Shown in pieces: positions 37,845 to 50,951 of a stretch of DNA of 64,000 nucleotides (its first letter is position 1; each line of letters starts with the position of its first letter). The stretch is from the NCBI RefSeq assembly GCF_000026545.1, contig NC_011601.1. One strand, written 5' to 3'. Origin of the DNA: Escherichia coli O127:H6 str. E2348/69. Its GTDB lineage: Bacteria; Pseudomonadota; Gammaproteobacteria; Enterobacterales; Enterobacteriaceae. The notes below the pieces were generated by a model that was given only the letters and a program-made list of their open reading frames with translations, was not told the DNA's origin and did no database searches. Made by a program: the position numbers and the translations under genes.

Positions 37845-38636
37845 TTAGAGATCAATTTCCTGCCGTTTTACCTGTTGCCAGACTTCTTCCATTGTTTCGA
37901 GGTCAACACCTGTCATTTCCAGTCCACGCGCGGCAACAATACGCTCCACTTCGCGAAAACGACGCTCGAATTTTTCGTTCGCTTTTTGCAATGCGATTTC
38001 CGCTTTTGTCCCTAAATGACGAGCCAGATTGACCGTGGCAAACAGCAGGTCACCCATTTCCTCCTCCAGTTTAGCCTGGTCGACAACAGCCTGCCGCGCC
38101 TCGTACATCACCTCGTCGATCTCTTCGTAGACTTTATCGACTACCGGACCAAGCGTCGTCCAGTCGAAACCAACGTTGGCGCAACGTTTCTGGATTTTTT
38201 GCGCACGCATTAAAGCCGGTAAACTACGAGGAATATCGTCCAGCGCCGAATGCTGCGCTTTCTGCGCGCGCTCTTCGGTTTTGATTTGCTCCCAACGGGC
38301 AAGCACTTCACTACTATTTTCGGCAGAACTGTCAGCAAAAACATGCGGATGGCGACGCTCTAATTTATCGCTAATAGCAGCGCAAATATCATTAAAGTCA
38401 AAGCGCCCTTCTTCCTGAGCCATTTGTGCGTAAAACACCACCTGGAACAGCAGATCGCCCAGTTCACCGCGCAGATCGTCAAAATCTTCACGGGCGATGG
38501 CGTCCAGCACCTCGTAGGTTTCTTCAAGGGTGTAAGGCGCAATGGTGGCAAATGTCTGCTCTTTATCCCACGGGCAGCCGTTTTCCGGGTCGCGCAGGCG
38601 CTGCATGATGGTGAGCAAACGGTCGATTTGATTCAT
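37845..38636 (-). CDS. mazG: nucleoside triphosphate pyrophosphohydrolase
   Basis: 263-aa ORF, same length as MazG, tandem MazG domains; downstream of mazF. Confidence 0.9.
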   Translation of the reverse strand: MNQIDRLLTIMQRLRDPENGCPWDKEQTFATIAPYTLEETYEVLDAIAREDFDDLRGELGDLLFQVVFYAQMAQEEGRFDFNDICAAISDKLERRHPHVFADSSAENSSEVLARWEQIKTEERAQKAQHSALDDIPRSLPALMRAQKIQKRCANVGFDWTTLGPVVDKVYEEIDEVMYEARQAVVDQAKLEEEMGDLLFATVNLARHLGTKAEIALQKANEKFERRFREVERIVAARGLEMTGVDLETMEEVWQQVKRQEIDL

Positions 38637-38707
38637 TGAATTATCCTGAAAATTGCGGGTCCGTCAGGTGGAAACCTGTGACCAGAATAGAAGTGAGTTA
38701 GTAACAC

Positions 38708-39043
38708 CTACCCAATCAGCACGTTAATTTTGGCTTTAATGAGTTGTAATTCCTCTGGAGCAACTGTTCCTTTCTTCGTTGCTCCTCTTGCCCGCCAGGC
38801 GATACTTTTTACCTGATCAGCTAACGCTACGCCATCACGTTCCTGACCGGATAGAACAACTTCGAACGGATATCCTTTTGATTGCGTTGTACAAGGAACA
38901 CACAGACACATACCTGTTTTGTTGTTGTACATGAACGGACTCAGGACAACAGCCGGACGATGTCCGGCTTGCTCGCTACCTTTTGTCGGGTCAAAATCAA
39001 CCCAAATCAGATCGCCCGTATCGGGTACGTATCGGCTTACCAT
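38708..39043 (-). CDS. mazF: mRNA interferase toxin MazF
   Basis: 111 aa [33 protein letters not shown]... Confidence 0.9.
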   Translation of the reverse strand: MVSRYVPDTGDLIWVDFDPTKGSEQAGHRPAVVLSPFMYNNKTGMCLCVPCTTQSKGYPFEVVLSGQERDGVALADQVKSIAWRARGATKKGTVAPEELQLIKAKINVLIG

Positions 39044-39291
39044 TACCAGACTTCCTTATCTTTCGGCTCCCCCCAGTCGATATTCTCGTGGAGGTTTTCC
39101 GGCGTGATGTCGTTGACCAGTTCAGCAAGCGTAAATACGGGCTCTTTACGCACTGGCTCAATAATTAATTTGCCATCCACCAGGTCAATCTTCACTTCAT
39201 CATCAATATTCAGATTGAGCGCCTGCATTAACGTAGCCGGGATCCGCACCGCCGGTGAATTTCCCCAACGCTTTACGCTACTGTGGATCAT
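39043..39291 (-). CDS. mazE: antitoxin MazE
   Basis: 82 aa [27 protein letters not shown]...; stop overlaps mazF start. Confidence 0.9.
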
Positions 39292-39368
39292 AACCCTTTC
39301 CTCAAACCGCTATCATATGTAGATACAGTATATATCAATCTACATTGTAGATACGAACAAGTTTCGGC

Positions 39369-41603
39369 CTAACTCCCGTGCAACCGACGCGCGTCGATAA
39401 CATCCGGCACCTGGTTGAGTTTACCCAGCACGCGACCCAGCACTTGCAGGTTGTAAATCTCAATGGTCATGTCGATGGTCGCCAGTTGCTGTTTGGTGTC
39501 GCTACGGCTGGCAACGCCAAGTACGTTCACCTTCTCGTTGGCGAGAATGGTCGTGATATCACGTAACAACCCACTACGATCATTAGCCACCACGCGGACC
39601 ACCAGCGAATATCCGGCGGAGTAGCTCTCACCCCATACCGCGTCAACAATGCGTTCTGGCGCATGGGAGCGCAGTTCCGCCAATTGTTCGCAATCGGCGC
39701 GGTGTACTGAAATACCGCGCCCCTGGGTAATGAAGCCGACAATCTCATCTCCAGGAATCGGCTGGCAGCAGCGCGCGATGTGGTGCATCAGGTTACCAAC
39801 ACCTTCTACCACCACACGACCGTTATCTTTACTGCGGTTTTGCGGCGTATAGCTTTTTTGCTGAAGTTGCTTCAGCGCGGCGGCATCCTGCTCTTCGGCA
39901 CTCGGCTTATTAAATTGCGATTGCAGGAAGTTCACCATCTGATTGAGACGGATATCCCCGCCACCAATTGCCGCCAGCAACTCGTCGACATCATTGAAGT
40001 TGTAACGCGGCAGCAGATGTTTTTCTGCTTCTTTCAGGCTGATCCCCAGATGTTCCAGCTCGTCGTCAAGGATTTGCCGCCCAGCCAGAATGTTTTTGTC
40101 ACGGTCCTGTTTACGGAACCAGGCGTGAATTTTCGAACGCCCACGGCTGGTTGTGACGTAACCGAGGTTTGGGTTTAACCAGTCACGGCTGGGGTTCGGC
40201 TGTTTCTGGGTGATAATTTCAATCTGGTCGCCCATCTGCAGCTGGTAGGTGAACGGCACAATGCGCCCGCCAATTTTTGCCCCGATGCAGCGGTGTCCGA
40301 CATCACTGTGGATGTGGTAAGCGAAGTCCAGCGGTGTTGATCCCGCAGGCAAATCAACGACATCACCTTTCGGCGTAAAGACGTACACCCGGTCGTCAAA
40401 GACCTGGCTACGTACTTCGTCGAGCATTTCGCCGGAATCAGCCATCTCTTCCTGCCACGCAATCAGTTTACGCAGCCAGGCAATCCGGTCTTCATGTCCC
40501 GAACGTGCGCCGCCAGCTGCCGCGCCCTCTTTATATTTCCAGTGTGCAGCAACACCCAACTCTGCATCTTCATGCATCTGTTTGGTGCGGATTTGGATCT
40601 CAACGGTTTTGCCACCCGGCCCCAGAACCACGGTATGAATAGACTGATAACCGTTTGGTTTCGGGTTAGCGACGTAATCGTCAAACTCATCCGGCAGGTG
40701 GCGATAGTGAGTGTGCACTATCCCCAGTGCGGCATAACAATCCTGTAAACGCTCGGCGACAATACGTACCGCACGCACATCAAACAGCTCATCGAAGGCG
40801 AGGTTCTTTTTCTGCATTTTGCGCCAGATGCTGTAGATGTGTTTCGGACGACCATACACTTCAGCTTTAACGCCTTCAGCTTTCATCTCAGCGCGCAGAT
40901 GGCCGACAAACTCTTCGATATAGTGTTCGCGGTCAAGACGGCGTTCATGCAGCAGTTTTGCGATGCGTTTGTATTCGGTCGGGTGCAGATAACGGAAGCA
41001 GTAATCTTCCAGCTCCCATTTCAGTTGCCCAATCCCAAGACGGTTCGCCAACGGCGCGTAGATATTGGTGCACTCTTTTGCCGCCAGTACGCGTTCATCT
41101 TCCGGCGCATCTTTTACTTCGCGCAGGTGAGCAATACGCTCCGCCAGTTTGATGACCACGCAGCGAAAATCATCGACCATCGCCAATAACATCCGGCGAA
41201 CGTTATCGACCTGTTCGGAGGAAACAGAATCGGTATGCGTCGCTTTCAGCTGGCGGATCGCCGCCATATCACGCACGCCGTGAATAAGGTTAACGACCGA
41301 CTTACCGACGCTCTCACGCAGCACATCTTCGCTGACTACGTTGGCATCGGCCAGAGGGAACAGCAGCGCCGCCCGCAGCGTGTCAATGTCCATACTTAAT
41401 GTCGAGAGGATCTCCACCATCTCAACACCACGCCACAATAACAGACTGGCATCCGGATGCCCCTGCGTCTGTTGCAGACAATACGCCCAGGTTTCGGCTA
41501 AGCACTCACACGACTTCTGGCTGGTAATACCCAGACTTGCGATCCATTTTTCCGGATCAAATTCACCAGCCTTATTGATATGTGCACTTCTTACCGCAAC
41601 CAT
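39369..41603 (-). CDS. relA: GTP pyrophosphokinase ((p)ppGpp synthetase I)
   Basis: 744 aa, RelA/SpoT synthetase, TGS and ACT domains. Confidence 0.95.
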   Translation of the reverse strand: MVAVRSAHINKAGEFDPEKWIASLGITSQKSCECLAETWAYCLQQTQGHPDASLLLWRGVEMVEILSTLSMDIDTLRAALLFPLADANVVSEDVLRESVGKSVVNLIHGVRDMAAIRQLKATHTDSVSSEQVDNVRRMLLAMVDDFRCVVIKLAERIAHLREVKDAPEDERVLAAKECTNIYAPLANRLGIGQLKWELEDYCFRYLHPTEYKRIAKLLHERRLDREHYIEEFVGHLRAEMKAEGVKAEVYGRPKHIYSIWRKMQKKNLAFDELFDVRAVRIVAERLQDCYAALGIVHTHYRHLPDEFDDYVANPKPNGYQSIHTVVLGPGGKTVEIQIRTKQMHEDAELGVAAHWKYKEGAAAGGARSGHEDRIAWLRKLIAWQEEMADSGEMLDEVRSQVFDDRVYVFTPKGDVVDLPAGSTPLDFAYHIHSDVGHRCIGAKIGGRIVPFTYQLQMGDQIEIITQKQPNPSRDWLNPNLGYVTTSRGRSKIHAWFRKQDRDKNILAGRQILDDELEHLGISLKEAEKHLLPRYNFNDVDELLAAIGGGDIRLNQMVNFLQSQFNKPSAEEQDAAALKQLQQKSYTPQNRSKDNGRVVVEGVGNLMHHIARCCQPIPGDEIVGFITQGRGISVHRADCEQLAELRSHAPERIVDAVWGESYSAGYSLVVRVVANDRSGLLRDITTILANEKVNVLGVASRSDTKQQLATIDMTIEIYNLQVLGRVLGKLNQVPDVIDARRLHGS

Positions 41604-41650
41604 CGTCCTCTCCTTTAGGGACCAGACCTGCCGAAATCGGCAAATCGTAA

Positions 41651-42952
41651 CTATTTAACGCGCGAGAAAAGTACCATCGATTCCAGATGTCCCGTGTGTG
41701 GGAACATATCCAGCATCGCCAGTCGCGCAATGGTATATCCTGCTTTTAATAACGCTTCGCTATCCCGAGCCAGCGTTGCAGGGTTACAGGATACATAAAC
41801 TATACGAATAGGTTCCAGTTTTATAATTTGCTGCATAACACCTGCGGCACCTGCTCGCGCCGGGTCCAGCAACACTTTATCGAAGCCGTTTTTCGCCCAC
41901 GGCTGCTTTGTGACATCTTCTTCAAGATTTTCGTGATAAAACGTCACATTCTGTAAGCCATTAAGACGCGCATTCTGCTGGCCTTTTTCCACCAGCGCCG
42001 GAACACCTTCTACACCGACCACACTGGCAGCTTGTGTCGCCAATGGCAGTGTAAAGTTGCCCATACCGCAGAACAGATCCAGTACGCGATCTTCAGGTTG
42101 TACATCCAGCCATTCCAACGCACGCGCTACCATTTTTTGGTTCACACCCGCATTGACCTGAATAAAATCGCGCGGGCTAAAAGTTAAGCGCAACCCGTTT
42201 GAGTCATACCAGGGCATCTCACCAGAGACGGTTTCGAGTATCTCACTATCGGGGGCGAGATACAGATCCAGGCCTTCAGAATGCGAAAAGCGTTCCAGTT
42301 TTTCGCGATCAGCCGAACTTAGCGGTGCGGTATGGCGCAAAATCATCAGCGTGCCGCTGGTTGCCTGTACCAGTTCAACATGACCAAGATGGCGCATAGC
42401 TTGTAAGCTGCCCAGGCATGCCCTGACTTTGGGCAGCAATGCTTCAAGTTGGGGCACTAAAATGGGACATTGTTTAACGTCGACAATGTCACTGGAGCCC
42501 GCTTTGCGAAACCCCATCTGAAGTTGCTGTGTTTTCGGTAAGTAGTTCAGACTTAAACGCGCGCGACGGCGATAGCCCCAGGGAACATCGGCGATCACTT
42601 CAGAGACTTCGTGTTTCATTAATCGGGCGAGTGCCGCACTTTTGCTTCGCTGCTGTAAATCCACGCTGGCGTGTTGTTGCTGACAGCCGCCGCATACGCC
42701 AAAATGAGGACAGCGTGGCGTTTCGCGTTCCGGGCTATCGCTTAACCGGCGCACGACTTTAGCGCGGGCGTATTGTTTTTTATCTTCAGTAACAGTAACT
42801 TCCGCGTTTTCCTGTGGCAATAATCCAGGAATAAATAACGCTTTGCCGTTATGTCGTGCCACGCCCTGACCAAAAGAGTCGAGGTCGTTGACTGAAACAG
42901 TTATGATCTGACGCGTCGTCGTGCGTCGTTTTGCAGAGTAGAATTGCGCCAT
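41651..42952 (-). CDS. rlmD: 23S rRNA (uracil1939-C5)-methyltransferase
   Basis: 433 aa, TRAM domain, Cys cluster, SAM MTase motifs. Confidence 0.9.
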   Translation of the reverse strand: MAQFYSAKRRTTTRQIITVSVNDLDSFGQGVARHNGKALFIPGLLPQENAEVTVTEDKKQYARAKVVRRLSDSPERETPRCPHFGVCGGCQQQHASVDLQQRSKSAALARLMKHEVSEVIADVPWGYRRRARLSLNYLPKTQQLQMGFRKAGSSDIVDVKQCPILVPQLEALLPKVRACLGSLQAMRHLGHVELVQATSGTLMILRHTAPLSSADREKLERFSHSEGLDLYLAPDSEILETVSGEMPWYDSNGLRLTFSPRDFIQVNAGVNQKMVARALEWLDVQPEDRVLDLFCGMGNFTLPLATQAASVVGVEGVPALVEKGQQNARLNGLQNVTFYHENLEEDVTKQPWAKNGFDKVLLDPARAGAAGVMQQIIKLEPIRIVYVSCNPATLARDSEALLKAGYTIARLAMLDMFPHTGHLESMVLFSRVK

Positions 42953-43008
42953 TGGCGAGACTTTCTCAATTTAACAGTGTGACCTTAATTGTCCCATAAC
43001 GGAACTCC

Positions 43009-45765
43009 ATGACCAACTACAGCCTGCGCGCACGCATGATGATTCTGATCCTGGCACCGACCGTCCTTATTGGTTTATTGCTGAGTATCTTTTTCGTTGT
43101 GCATCGCTATAACGACTTGCAGCGTCAACTGGAAGATGCCGGAGCCAGCATTATTGAGCCGCTTGCAGTTTCTACTGAATATGGCATGAGCCTGCAAAAC
43201 CGCGAATCTATCGGTCAGTTAATAAGCGTACTGCATCGTCGCCATTCCGATATTGTTCGCGCGATTTCGGTTTATGATGAAAATAACCGACTCTTTGTCA
43301 CCTCCAATTTTCATCTTGATCCCTCATCAATGCAGCTCGGCAGCAACGTGCCGTTTCCTCGCCAGCTCACTGTCACCCGTGACGGCGATATTATGATCCT
43401 CCGCACGCCGATTATTTCTGAGAGTTACTCCCCCGACGAATCGCCCAGTAGCGATGCCAAAAATAGTCAAAATATGCTGGGATATATTGCGCTGGAGCTG
43501 GATCTTAAATCGGTTCGCTTGCAGCAATATAAAGAGATCTTTATTTCCAGCGTGATGATGCTGTTTTGTATCGGTATTGCGCTTATTTTTGGCTGGCGCT
43601 TAATGCGCGATGTAACCGGTCCGATTCGCAATATGGTGAATACCGTCGACCGCATCCGTCGCGGGCAACTCGACAGCCGTGTGGAAGGATTTATGCTCGG
43701 CGAGCTGGATATGCTGAAAAACGGTATCAACTCGATGGCAATGTCGCTGGCTGCTTATCACGAAGAGATGCAGCACAATATCGACCAGGCGACGTCCGAT
43801 CTGCGTGAAACGCTGGAGCAGATGGAAATTCAGAACGTTGAGTTGGATCTGGCGAAAAAGCGCGCCCAGGAAGCGGCGCGTATTAAATCCGAGTTTCTTG
43901 CAAATATGTCACACGAGCTGCGTACACCACTGAATGGTGTTATTGGCTTTACCCGCCTGACGCTGAAAACAGAATTAACACCAACGCAGCGCGATCACCT
44001 GAATACGATTGAACGTTCGGCAAATAATTTGCTGGCAATTATTAATGATGTTCTCGACTTCTCGAAACTGGAAGCCGGTAAGCTGATTCTGGAAAGTATT
44101 CCATTCCCACTACGCAGCACGCTGGATGAAGTCGTTACCCTGCTGGCACATTCTTCTCACGATAAAGGGCTGGAACTGACGCTCAATATTAAAAGCGACG
44201 TGCCTGATAACGTTATCGGCGACCCACTACGATTACAGCAAATCATCACTAACCTGGTGGGGAATGCAATTAAATTCACCGAGAATGGCAACATTGATAT
44301 TCTGGTAGAAAAACGTGCGCTGAGTAATACCAAAGTGCAGATTGAAGTGCAGATTCGGGATACCGGCATTGGTATTCCTGAACGCGATCAATCGCGCTTA
44401 TTCCAGGCCTTCCGACAGGCTGATGCCAGTATTTCCCGCCGTCATGGTGGCACCGGGCTGGGGCTGGTGATTACACAAAAACTGGTTAATGAAATGGGCG
44501 GCGATATTTCGTTTCATAGCCAGCCGAATCGCGGTTCAACTTTCTGGTTCCACATTAATCTCGATCTGAATCCGAACATTATTATTGAAGGGCCATCCAC
44601 CCAGTGCCTCGCCGGTAAACGCCTGGCCTATGTCGAACCAAACTCCGCAGCAGCGCAATGCACGCTGGATATTTTAAGTGAAACGCCGCTGGAGGTGGTT
44701 TATAGCCCAACGTTCTCCGCGCTGCCTCCCGCGCATTACGACATGATGTTGTTAGGCATCGCGGTGACCTTCCGCGAGCCGCTAACAATGCAACATGAGC
44801 GATTAGCGAAAGCGGTATCGATGACCGATTTCCTGATGCTGGCACTTCCTTGCCATGCACAAGTCAATGCTGAAAAACTCAAGCAAGATGGTATCGGCGC
44901 GTGTCTGCTGAAACCATTAACACCTACGCGCCTGTTGCCTGCCCTGACGGAATTTTGTCATCACAAACAAAACACGCTTTTGCCTGTAACCGATGAAAGT
45001 AAGCTGGCAATGACAGTCATGGCGGTTGATGACAACCCCGCTAACCTGAAACTTATCGGCGCATTGCTGGAAGATATGGTGCAACATGTGGAACTTTGCG
45101 ATAGCGGGCATCAGGCGGTTGAACGGGCGAAACAGATGCCGTTCGATTTGATCTTAATGGATATTCAAATGCCGGACATGGACGGCATTCGGGCCTGCGA
45201 ACTCATCCACCAGCTCCCCCATCAGCAACAAACGCCGGTTATCGCGGTAACGGCGCATGCAATGGCCGGGCAAAAAGAGAAGCTGCTTGGCGCAGGGATG
45301 AGCGATTATCTGGCGAAACCGATTGAAGAAGAGCGATTGCATAATTTGTTGTTGCGCTACAAGCCTGGCAGCGGTATTTCCTCTCGCGTCGTGACGCCCG
45401 AAGTCAACGAAATTGTGGTGAACCCGAATGCGACCCTCGACTGGCAACTGGCACTACGCCAGGCAGCAGGAAAAACCGATTTAGCGCGCGATATGCTGCA
45501 AATGTTACTCGATTTCCTGCCTGAAGTTCGCAACAAAGTTGAGGAACAGCTGGTTGGAGAAAACCCGGAAGGCCTGGTTGATTTGATTCATAAACTGCAT
45601 GGCAGTTGCGGCTATAGCGGTGTGCCGCGTATGAAGAATATCTGCCAACTGATCGAACAACAGCTACGTAGCGGTACTAAAGAAGAAGATTTAGAGCCGG
45701 AGCTGCTGGAACTGTTGGACGAGATGGATAATGTAGCGCGCGAAGCCAGCAAAATTCTCGGGTAA
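43009..45765 (+). CDS. barA: hybrid sensor histidine kinase BarA
   Basis: 918 aa: TM-HAMP-HisKA(H box SHELRTPLN)-HATPase-REC-HPt. Confidence 0.95.
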   Translation: MTNYSLRARMMILILAPTVLIGLLLSIFFVVHRYNDLQRQLEDAGASIIEPLAVSTEYGMSLQNRESIGQLISVLHRRHSDIVRAISVYDENNRLFVTSNFHLDPSSMQLGSNVPFPRQLTVTRDGDIMILRTPIISESYSPDESPSSDAKNSQNMLGYIALELDLKSVRLQQYKEIFISSVMMLFCIGIALIFGWRLMRDVTGPIRNMVNTVDRIRRGQLDSRVEGFMLGELDMLKNGINSMAMSLAAYHEEMQHNIDQATSDLRETLEQMEIQNVELDLAKKRAQEAARIKSEFLANMSHELRTPLNGVIGFTRLTLKTELTPTQRDHLNTIERSANNLLAIINDVLDFSKLEAGKLILESIPFPLRSTLDEVVTLLAHSSHDKGLELTLNIKSDVPDNVIGDPLRLQQIITNLVGNAIKFTENGNIDILVEKRALSNTKVQIEVQIRDTGIGIPERDQSRLFQAFRQADASISRRHGGTGLGLVITQKLVNEMGGDISFHSQPNRGSTFWFHINLDLNPNIIIEGPSTQCLAGKRLAYVEPNSAAAQCTLDILSETPLEVVYSPTFSALPPAHYDMMLLGIAVTFREPLTMQHERLAKAVSMTDFLMLALPCHAQVNAEKLKQDGIGACLLKPLTPTRLLPALTEFCHHKQNTLLPVTDESKLAMTVMAVDDNPANLKLIGALLEDMVQHVELCDSGHQAVERAKQMPFDLILMDIQMPDMDGIRACELIHQLPHQQQTPVIAVTAHAMAGQKEKLLGAGMSDYLAKPIEEERLHNLLLRYKPGSGISSRVVTPEVNEIVVNPNATLDWQLALRQAAGKTDLARDMLQMLLDFLPEVRNKVEEQLVGENPEGLVDLIHKLHGSCGYSGVPRMKNICQLIEQQLRSGTKEEDLEPELLELLDEMDNVAREASKILG

Positions 45766-45837
45766 TGGACGTCTTGTCGAGTAGCAACCGGATTTTTATG
45801 ACGCTGGTTTCAGATTGGTGAAAAGTGCCTGTGTTTA

Positions 45838-45873
45838 TGCCGGATGCGGCGTTAACGCCTTATCCGGCCTGCA
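45838..45873. repeat. REP element in barA-gudD intergenic
   Basis: gccggatgcggcgttaacgccttatccggcctgca. Confidence 0.5.
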
Positions 45874-45995
45874 AAACCAATTAAGTTCAATGAATTAAAA
45901 AATGATGTAACCCTGATACGTAGCGCAACAGGCAATTTTGCGTTTGGCATCAGTCTCAAACCGGCTCCAGATAGAGCCGGTTTTGGTTTTCTGTC

Positions 45996-47336
45996 TTAAC
46001 GCACCATGCACGGACGCTTGTTATCGAACGTCCAGCCGGGGATCAGGTACTGCATTCCCATCGCATCGTCACGCGCGCCAAGCCCGTGTTTCTGATACAG
46101 CTCGTGCGCTTTCATCACTTGATCCATATCGATTTCTACACCCAGCCCCGGTTTTTCTGGCACCTGAACCAGACCGCCTTTGATCTCTAACGGTTCTTTG
46201 GTCAGACGCTGATTGCCTTCCTGCCAGATCCAGTGCGTATCAATAGCAGTAATTTTACCCGGTGCAGCAGCGGCTACATGGGTAAACATCGCCAGGGAAA
46301 TATCGAAGTGGTTGTTAGAGTGTGAACCCCAGGTCAGGCCAAATTCATGGCACATTTGCGCCACACGTACCGAACCTTGCATCGTCCAGAAATGCGGATC
46401 CGCCAGCGGGATATCAACGGATTGTAACGAGAGCGTATGGCCCATCTGCCGCCAGTCGGTGGCGATCATATTGGTTGCGGTCGGCAGGCCAGTCGCGCGA
46501 CGGAACTCTGCCATCACTTCACGCCCGGAGAAACCTTGCTCCGCACCACACGGATCTTCTGCATAAGCCAGCGAACCTTTCAGGTATTTACCAATTTTAA
46601 TCGCTTCGTTCAGCGACCAGGCACCGTTAGGATCGAGGGTAATACGCGCCTGTGGGAAGCGTTGCGCCAGTGCCACAATAGATTCTGCTTCTTCTTCCCC
46701 GGCCAGTACACCACCCTTCAGTTTGAAATCGTTGAAGCCATATTTTTCATATGCCGCTTCCGCCAGGCGCACCACCGCATCCGGCGTCATCGCTTCTTCG
46801 TGACGCAGGCGATACCAGTCACATTTATCATCCGGCTGGCTTTGATACGGCAGCGGTGTGGCTTTGCGATTACCGACGAAGAACAGATAACCGAGCATTT
46901 CGACTTCGCTACGCTGTTGACCATCGCCCAGCAGCGATGCCACGTTAACCCCCAGATGCTGCCCCAGCAGATCCAGCATTGCCGCTTCTATCCCGGTAAC
47001 TACATGAATAGTGGTCCGCAAATCAAATGTCTGCAAACCGCGCCCGCCGGCATCACGATCGGCAAATGTATTACGCACCAGCGTCAGAACGTTTTTGTAT
47101 TCACCCAGCGTTTTACCCACCACCAGCGGAATCGCATCTTCCAGCGTTTTACGGATTTTCTCGCCGCCGGGAATTTCCCCTACCCCAGTGTGACCAGAAT
47201 TATCTTTGATAATCACAATATTACGCGTGAAGAACGGTGCGTGTGCACCACTCAGATTCATCAGCATACTGTCATGGCCCGCCACCGGGATGACCTGCAT
47301 TTCAGTAACAACAGGCGTCGTAAATTGAGAACTCAT
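45996..47336 (-). CDS. gudD: glucarate dehydratase
   Basis: 446 aa from internal Met [25 protein letters not shown]...; enolase superfamily. Confidence 0.9.
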   Translation of the reverse strand: MSSQFTTPVVTEMQVIPVAGHDSMLMNLSGAHAPFFTRNIVIIKDNSGHTGVGEIPGGEKIRKTLEDAIPLVVGKTLGEYKNVLTLVRNTFADRDAGGRGLQTFDLRTTIHVVTGIEAAMLDLLGQHLGVNVASLLGDGQQRSEVEMLGYLFFVGNRKATPLPYQSQPDDKCDWYRLRHEEAMTPDAVVRLAEAAYEKYGFNDFKLKGGVLAGEEEAESIVALAQRFPQARITLDPNGAWSLNEAIKIGKYLKGSLAYAEDPCGAEQGFSGREVMAEFRRATGLPTATNMIATDWRQMGHTLSLQSVDIPLADPHFWTMQGSVRVAQMCHEFGLTWGSHSNNHFDISLAMFTHVAAAAPGKITAIDTHWIWQEGNQRLTKEPLEIKGGLVQVPEKPGLGVEIDMDQVMKAHELYQKHGLGARDDAMGMQYLIPGWTFDNKRPCMVR

Positions 47337-47356
47337 ATTTATGTCCTTTTTCAAAA

Positions 47357-48697
47357 TCAATGACGGCCGAAAACGGGACGTTTACGGTCAAAGGTCCAGC
47401 CGGGGATCAGGTACTGCATCGGGCCCGCGTCGTTACGCGCACCGCCAGGCAGACGTTTATAGGCCTCATGCGCCTTTTGTACCTGCTCCCAGTCCAGTTC
47501 CACGCCCAGACCGGGCGCATCAGGAACGGCAATTTTTCCGTTTTTAATCTCCAGCGGATTTTGGGTCAGGCGACAATCGCCCTCCTGCCAAATCCAGTGG
47601 GTATCGATAGCGGTAGGATTACCCGGTGCCGCCGCACCCACATGGGTAAACATCGCCAGAGAGATATCAAAGTGGTTATTGGAATGGCAGCCCCAGGTCA
47701 GCCCCCAGTCGTCGCAAAGCTGCGCTACGCGGACTGCACCGGAAAGCGTCCAGAAGTGCGGATCGGCAAGTGGAATATCTACCGCATTGAGCATCACCGC
47801 ATGACCCATTTCGCGCCAGTTGGTGGCGATCATGTTGGTCGCGACGGGCAAGCCGGTCGCCCGTCGAAACTCCGCCATCACTTCACGACCGGAGAAACCC
47901 TGCTCAGCGCCGCACGGGTCTTCCGCATAGGTAAGAACATCATTCAGCCCTTTGCACAGAGAAATGGCTTCATCAAGCAGCCAGGCACCATTGGGATCAA
48001 CGGTAATCCGCGCATCAGGGAAGCGTTTCTTCAATGCACGAACAGTGTCGATTTCTTGCTCGCCAGGTAACACGCCACCCTTAAGTTTGAAATCTTTAAA
48101 GCCATAGCGATCCTGTGAGGCTTCCGCCAGACGCACAACGGCTTCGCTGTTCATCGCTTTCTGATGCCGCAACTGATACCACTCATGGTTGCCCGGCGTA
48201 TTTTCCAGATAAGGAAGATCGGTTTTGGTCCGATCACCGATATAAAACAGATAACCGAGAACGGTAATAGCATCACGTTGCTTGCCTGGCCCTAACAGTT
48301 CGCAGACCGGAACATTCAGCGCCTGACCTAACAGGTCAAGCAAGGCGGCTTCCAGCGCCGCCACGGCATTAACGCGCAATTCAAAAGTCCAGGCACCTTT
48401 GCCGAAGGCATCAAAATCGGCTGCCTGATTACCTTTATGCACCTGCTGAACCACTTTATTCAGGCGCGCAACTTCCTGGCCCAGCACCATCGGAATAGCC
48501 TCGACCAGTGTTTGATAAATCACCTCTCCGCCCGGCGCTTCACCAATGCCGGTATGCCCGGCATTATCGGTGAGTACCACAATATTGCGGGTGAAATATG
48601 CGTTATGTGCACCACCAATATTAAGCAACATGCTGTCATGTCCGGCGACCGGAATGACTTTCATATCAGTAATAACAGGACTGGATTGTGTCGTCAT
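47357..48697 (-). CDS. gudX: glucarate dehydratase-related protein
   Basis: 446-aa paralog immediately upstream of gudD. Confidence 0.85.
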   Translation of the reverse strand: MTTQSSPVITDMKVIPVAGHDSMLLNIGGAHNAYFTRNIVVLTDNAGHTGIGEAPGGEVIYQTLVEAIPMVLGQEVARLNKVVQQVHKGNQAADFDAFGKGAWTFELRVNAVAALEAALLDLLGQALNVPVCELLGPGKQRDAITVLGYLFYIGDRTKTDLPYLENTPGNHEWYQLRHQKAMNSEAVVRLAEASQDRYGFKDFKLKGGVLPGEQEIDTVRALKKRFPDARITVDPNGAWLLDEAISLCKGLNDVLTYAEDPCGAEQGFSGREVMAEFRRATGLPVATNMIATNWREMGHAVMLNAVDIPLADPHFWTLSGAVRVAQLCDDWGLTWGCHSNNHFDISLAMFTHVGAAAPGNPTAIDTHWIWQEGDCRLTQNPLEIKNGKIAVPDAPGLGVELDWEQVQKAHEAYKRLPGGARNDAGPMQYLIPGWTFDRKRPVFGRH

Positions 48698-48698
48698 C

Positions 48699-50051
48699 TT
48701 ATTGCCCCGCGACAGGTTTCAGCTCAATACGCTTGATATCGCCCACCAGCACCAGGTAGCTGAGTACCGCGATTAAGGCATGAACACCAACATAAATCAG
48801 CGCCCCATTAAAGGAGCCAGTCGTGCCAACGATATAACCAATTGCGATTGGCGTGACGATGCCAGAAATGTTACCAAACATGTTAAACAGGCCACCGGAA
48901 AGACCGCTGATCTCTTTTGGCGCAGTATCAGCCATTACAGCCCAACCCAGCGCACCGATCCCCTTACCGAAGAAGGCCAGCGCCATAAAGCCGATGATCA
49001 TCCACTCAACGTTGACGTAGTTGCAGAACACCATCACCATCGACAACAACATGCCCATCACGATCGGTGTTTTACGCGCAATGTTCAGTGAACCCGTGCG
49101 ACGCATCAGCCAGTCGGAAATAATCCCACCCAGCACACCGCCGATAAAACCGCAAACCGCCGGAACGGAAGCCACAAAGCCCGCTTTCAGAATCGACATC
49201 CCGCGCGCCTGCACCAGATAAACCGGGAACCAGGTAATGAAAAAGTAAGTCAGGGCGTTGATACAGTACTGACCGATATAAACGCCGATCATCATCCGTG
49301 ACCCGAGCAGCTGTTTGATCTGCCCCCACTTCACGCTAAACGGCACTTTAACTTTGGTGTTTTGCTGATCCATATTGATCAGCGCGCCACCCGCGGCGAT
49401 GTACTCCAGCTCTTTCTGATTTACGACCGGATGTTGATTTGGCTCGTGGATGACTTTCAACCAGATAAAGCTGATGACAATGCCCAGACCGCCCATAAAG
49501 AAAAAGACGTGTGACCAGCCCACTTCATGCGTCAGCCAGCCCATAATCGGCGCGAAGATAACCGTTGCGAAGTATTGAGCGGAGTTAAAAATCGACACCG
49601 CCGTTCCCCTTTCCTGCGCCGGAAACCAGGCCGCAACAATGCGACTGTTGCCGGGGAAAGAGGGCGCTTCAGCAAGCCCGACCAGGAAGCGCAGCGTAAA
49701 CAGGGCAACGATAATGCCGAATCCACTAAAGATATCGACGAAGCCTTGCAGCAAGGTAAACATCGACCAGATAAAGATCGACCAGAAGTAGACGCGTTTT
49801 GAACCAAAACGATCCAGCAACCAGCCACCAGGGATCTGCCCGATAACATACGCCCATGAGAAGGCAGAGAACACATAGCCCATTCCCACGGGATCAAGGC
49901 CGATATCTTTGGCCATTTCCGAACCGGCAATAGAAAGCGTAGCGCGGTCGCCGTAGTTGAAGGATGTGACGATAAACAACATCACCACTATCCAGTAACG
50001 AGCATTCGTGCGTTTTTCCACACTGCTCGCAGCCTGACTTAAAGAACTCAT
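48699..50051 (-). CDS. gudP: glucarate/galactarate MFS transporter
   Basis: 450-aa 12-TM MFS protein heading the gudPXD operon. Confidence 0.85.
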   Translation of the reverse strand: MSSLSQAASSVEKRTNARYWIVVMLFIVTSFNYGDRATLSIAGSEMAKDIGLDPVGMGYVFSAFSWAYVIGQIPGGWLLDRFGSKRVYFWSIFIWSMFTLLQGFVDIFSGFGIIVALFTLRFLVGLAEAPSFPGNSRIVAAWFPAQERGTAVSIFNSAQYFATVIFAPIMGWLTHEVGWSHVFFFMGGLGIVISFIWLKVIHEPNQHPVVNQKELEYIAAGGALINMDQQNTKVKVPFSVKWGQIKQLLGSRMMIGVYIGQYCINALTYFFITWFPVYLVQARGMSILKAGFVASVPAVCGFIGGVLGGIISDWLMRRTGSLNIARKTPIVMGMLLSMVMVFCNYVNVEWMIIGFMALAFFGKGIGALGWAVMADTAPKEISGLSGGLFNMFGNISGIVTPIAIGYIVGTTGSFNGALIYVGVHALIAVLSYLVLVGDIKRIELKPVAGQ

Positions 50052-50377
50052 TGTTGCACTCCTGAAAATTCGCGTTAGCCACGCTCACTCTGGACTGCGA
50101 CATCGCCAGGAAATCAGAGGTGACGTAGGGTGTTTTTGCCGTTTTTATAGGTCGTTCGCCGAATACGGCGCGTGTTTATATCTGGCAATAGCAGTATAAA
50201 AAGCGCGCCATAGCGGCTCACCGTGCAACAACACAACATTAATGCGTTCAATGAGGCCCGATTTTGGCATTAGCCCTGGACGGTGGAATCCACTTCACGG
50301 AAATGAAAACAAGAACAAGAAAGGAAGGATTAAAACGAAGAAATAAAGAAGAGTATGAAATGGATCGCTTGACTCCA

Positions 50378-50430
50378 GGCAAACGCCAGTAAAAATCCGC
50401 GCTATGAAGCAGTTTTTACTGGCATTTGCC
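50378..50430 (-). terminator. long hairpin downstream of the yqcC-truC-yqcA operon (candidate bidirectional terminator)
   Basis: ggcaaacgccagtaaaaa ... tttttactggcatttgcc, 17-bp stem. Confidence 0.5.
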
Positions 50431-50484
50431 TGAAAAGATTCGATTCAGCACCGCTAAAACGGCATTTACCGCTCGCTGAACATA

Positions 50485-50934
50485 TCAGGACAACATCGTG
50501 CCCCAATGTTCAACCCACGGATTTGATTCCGTTTCCGGTTCCGGGTTCTCACTGGCGTCAATCAACAGCATTTCTCCCACCCGCTGAGCGCTCTGTTCCT
50601 GCAACAAGGCATCGAACTGTTTGCCGCCATTGCAGAAATTCACATAACTACTGTCGCCGAGCGCAATCACGCCATAACGCAGATTCGGCTGGAAGCCCAG
50701 ACTATCTTTGATTCCCTGAAAGAGTGGCACAATGCTATCAGGAAGGTCGCCCTGCCCGGTCGTGGACGTAACCACCAGAACATACTTATCCTGATAGGGC
50801 AGCCAGTCGCTTAATTCAGGCTCTTCAAATACCGTTGCTTTGTGGCCCTGCGCGGTCAGAATCGCTTCCGCTTCTTCGGCCACTAACAGTGAATTCCCGT
50901 ACATGGTGCCGACAAAAATACCAATTTCCGCCAT
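50485..50934 (-). CDS. yqcA: flavodoxin-like protein
   Basis: 149 aa [26 protein letters not shown]... Confidence 0.8.
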   Translation of the reverse strand: MAEIGIFVGTMYGNSLLVAEEAEAILTAQGHKATVFEEPELSDWLPYQDKYVLVVTSTTGQGDLPDSIVPLFQGIKDSLGFQPNLRYGVIALGDSSYVNFCNGGKQFDALLQEQSAQRVGEMLLIDASENPEPETESNPWVEHWGTMLS

Positions 50935-50951
50935 ACCGTTTTCTCCCTGGA

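Noticed and set aside
45957-45985. Hairpin aaaccggctccagatagagccggttt considered as an sRNA
   Set aside because: Most simply a terminator shared by barA/gudD convergent transcription; no promoter-like sequence or second structure to suggest an sRNA.
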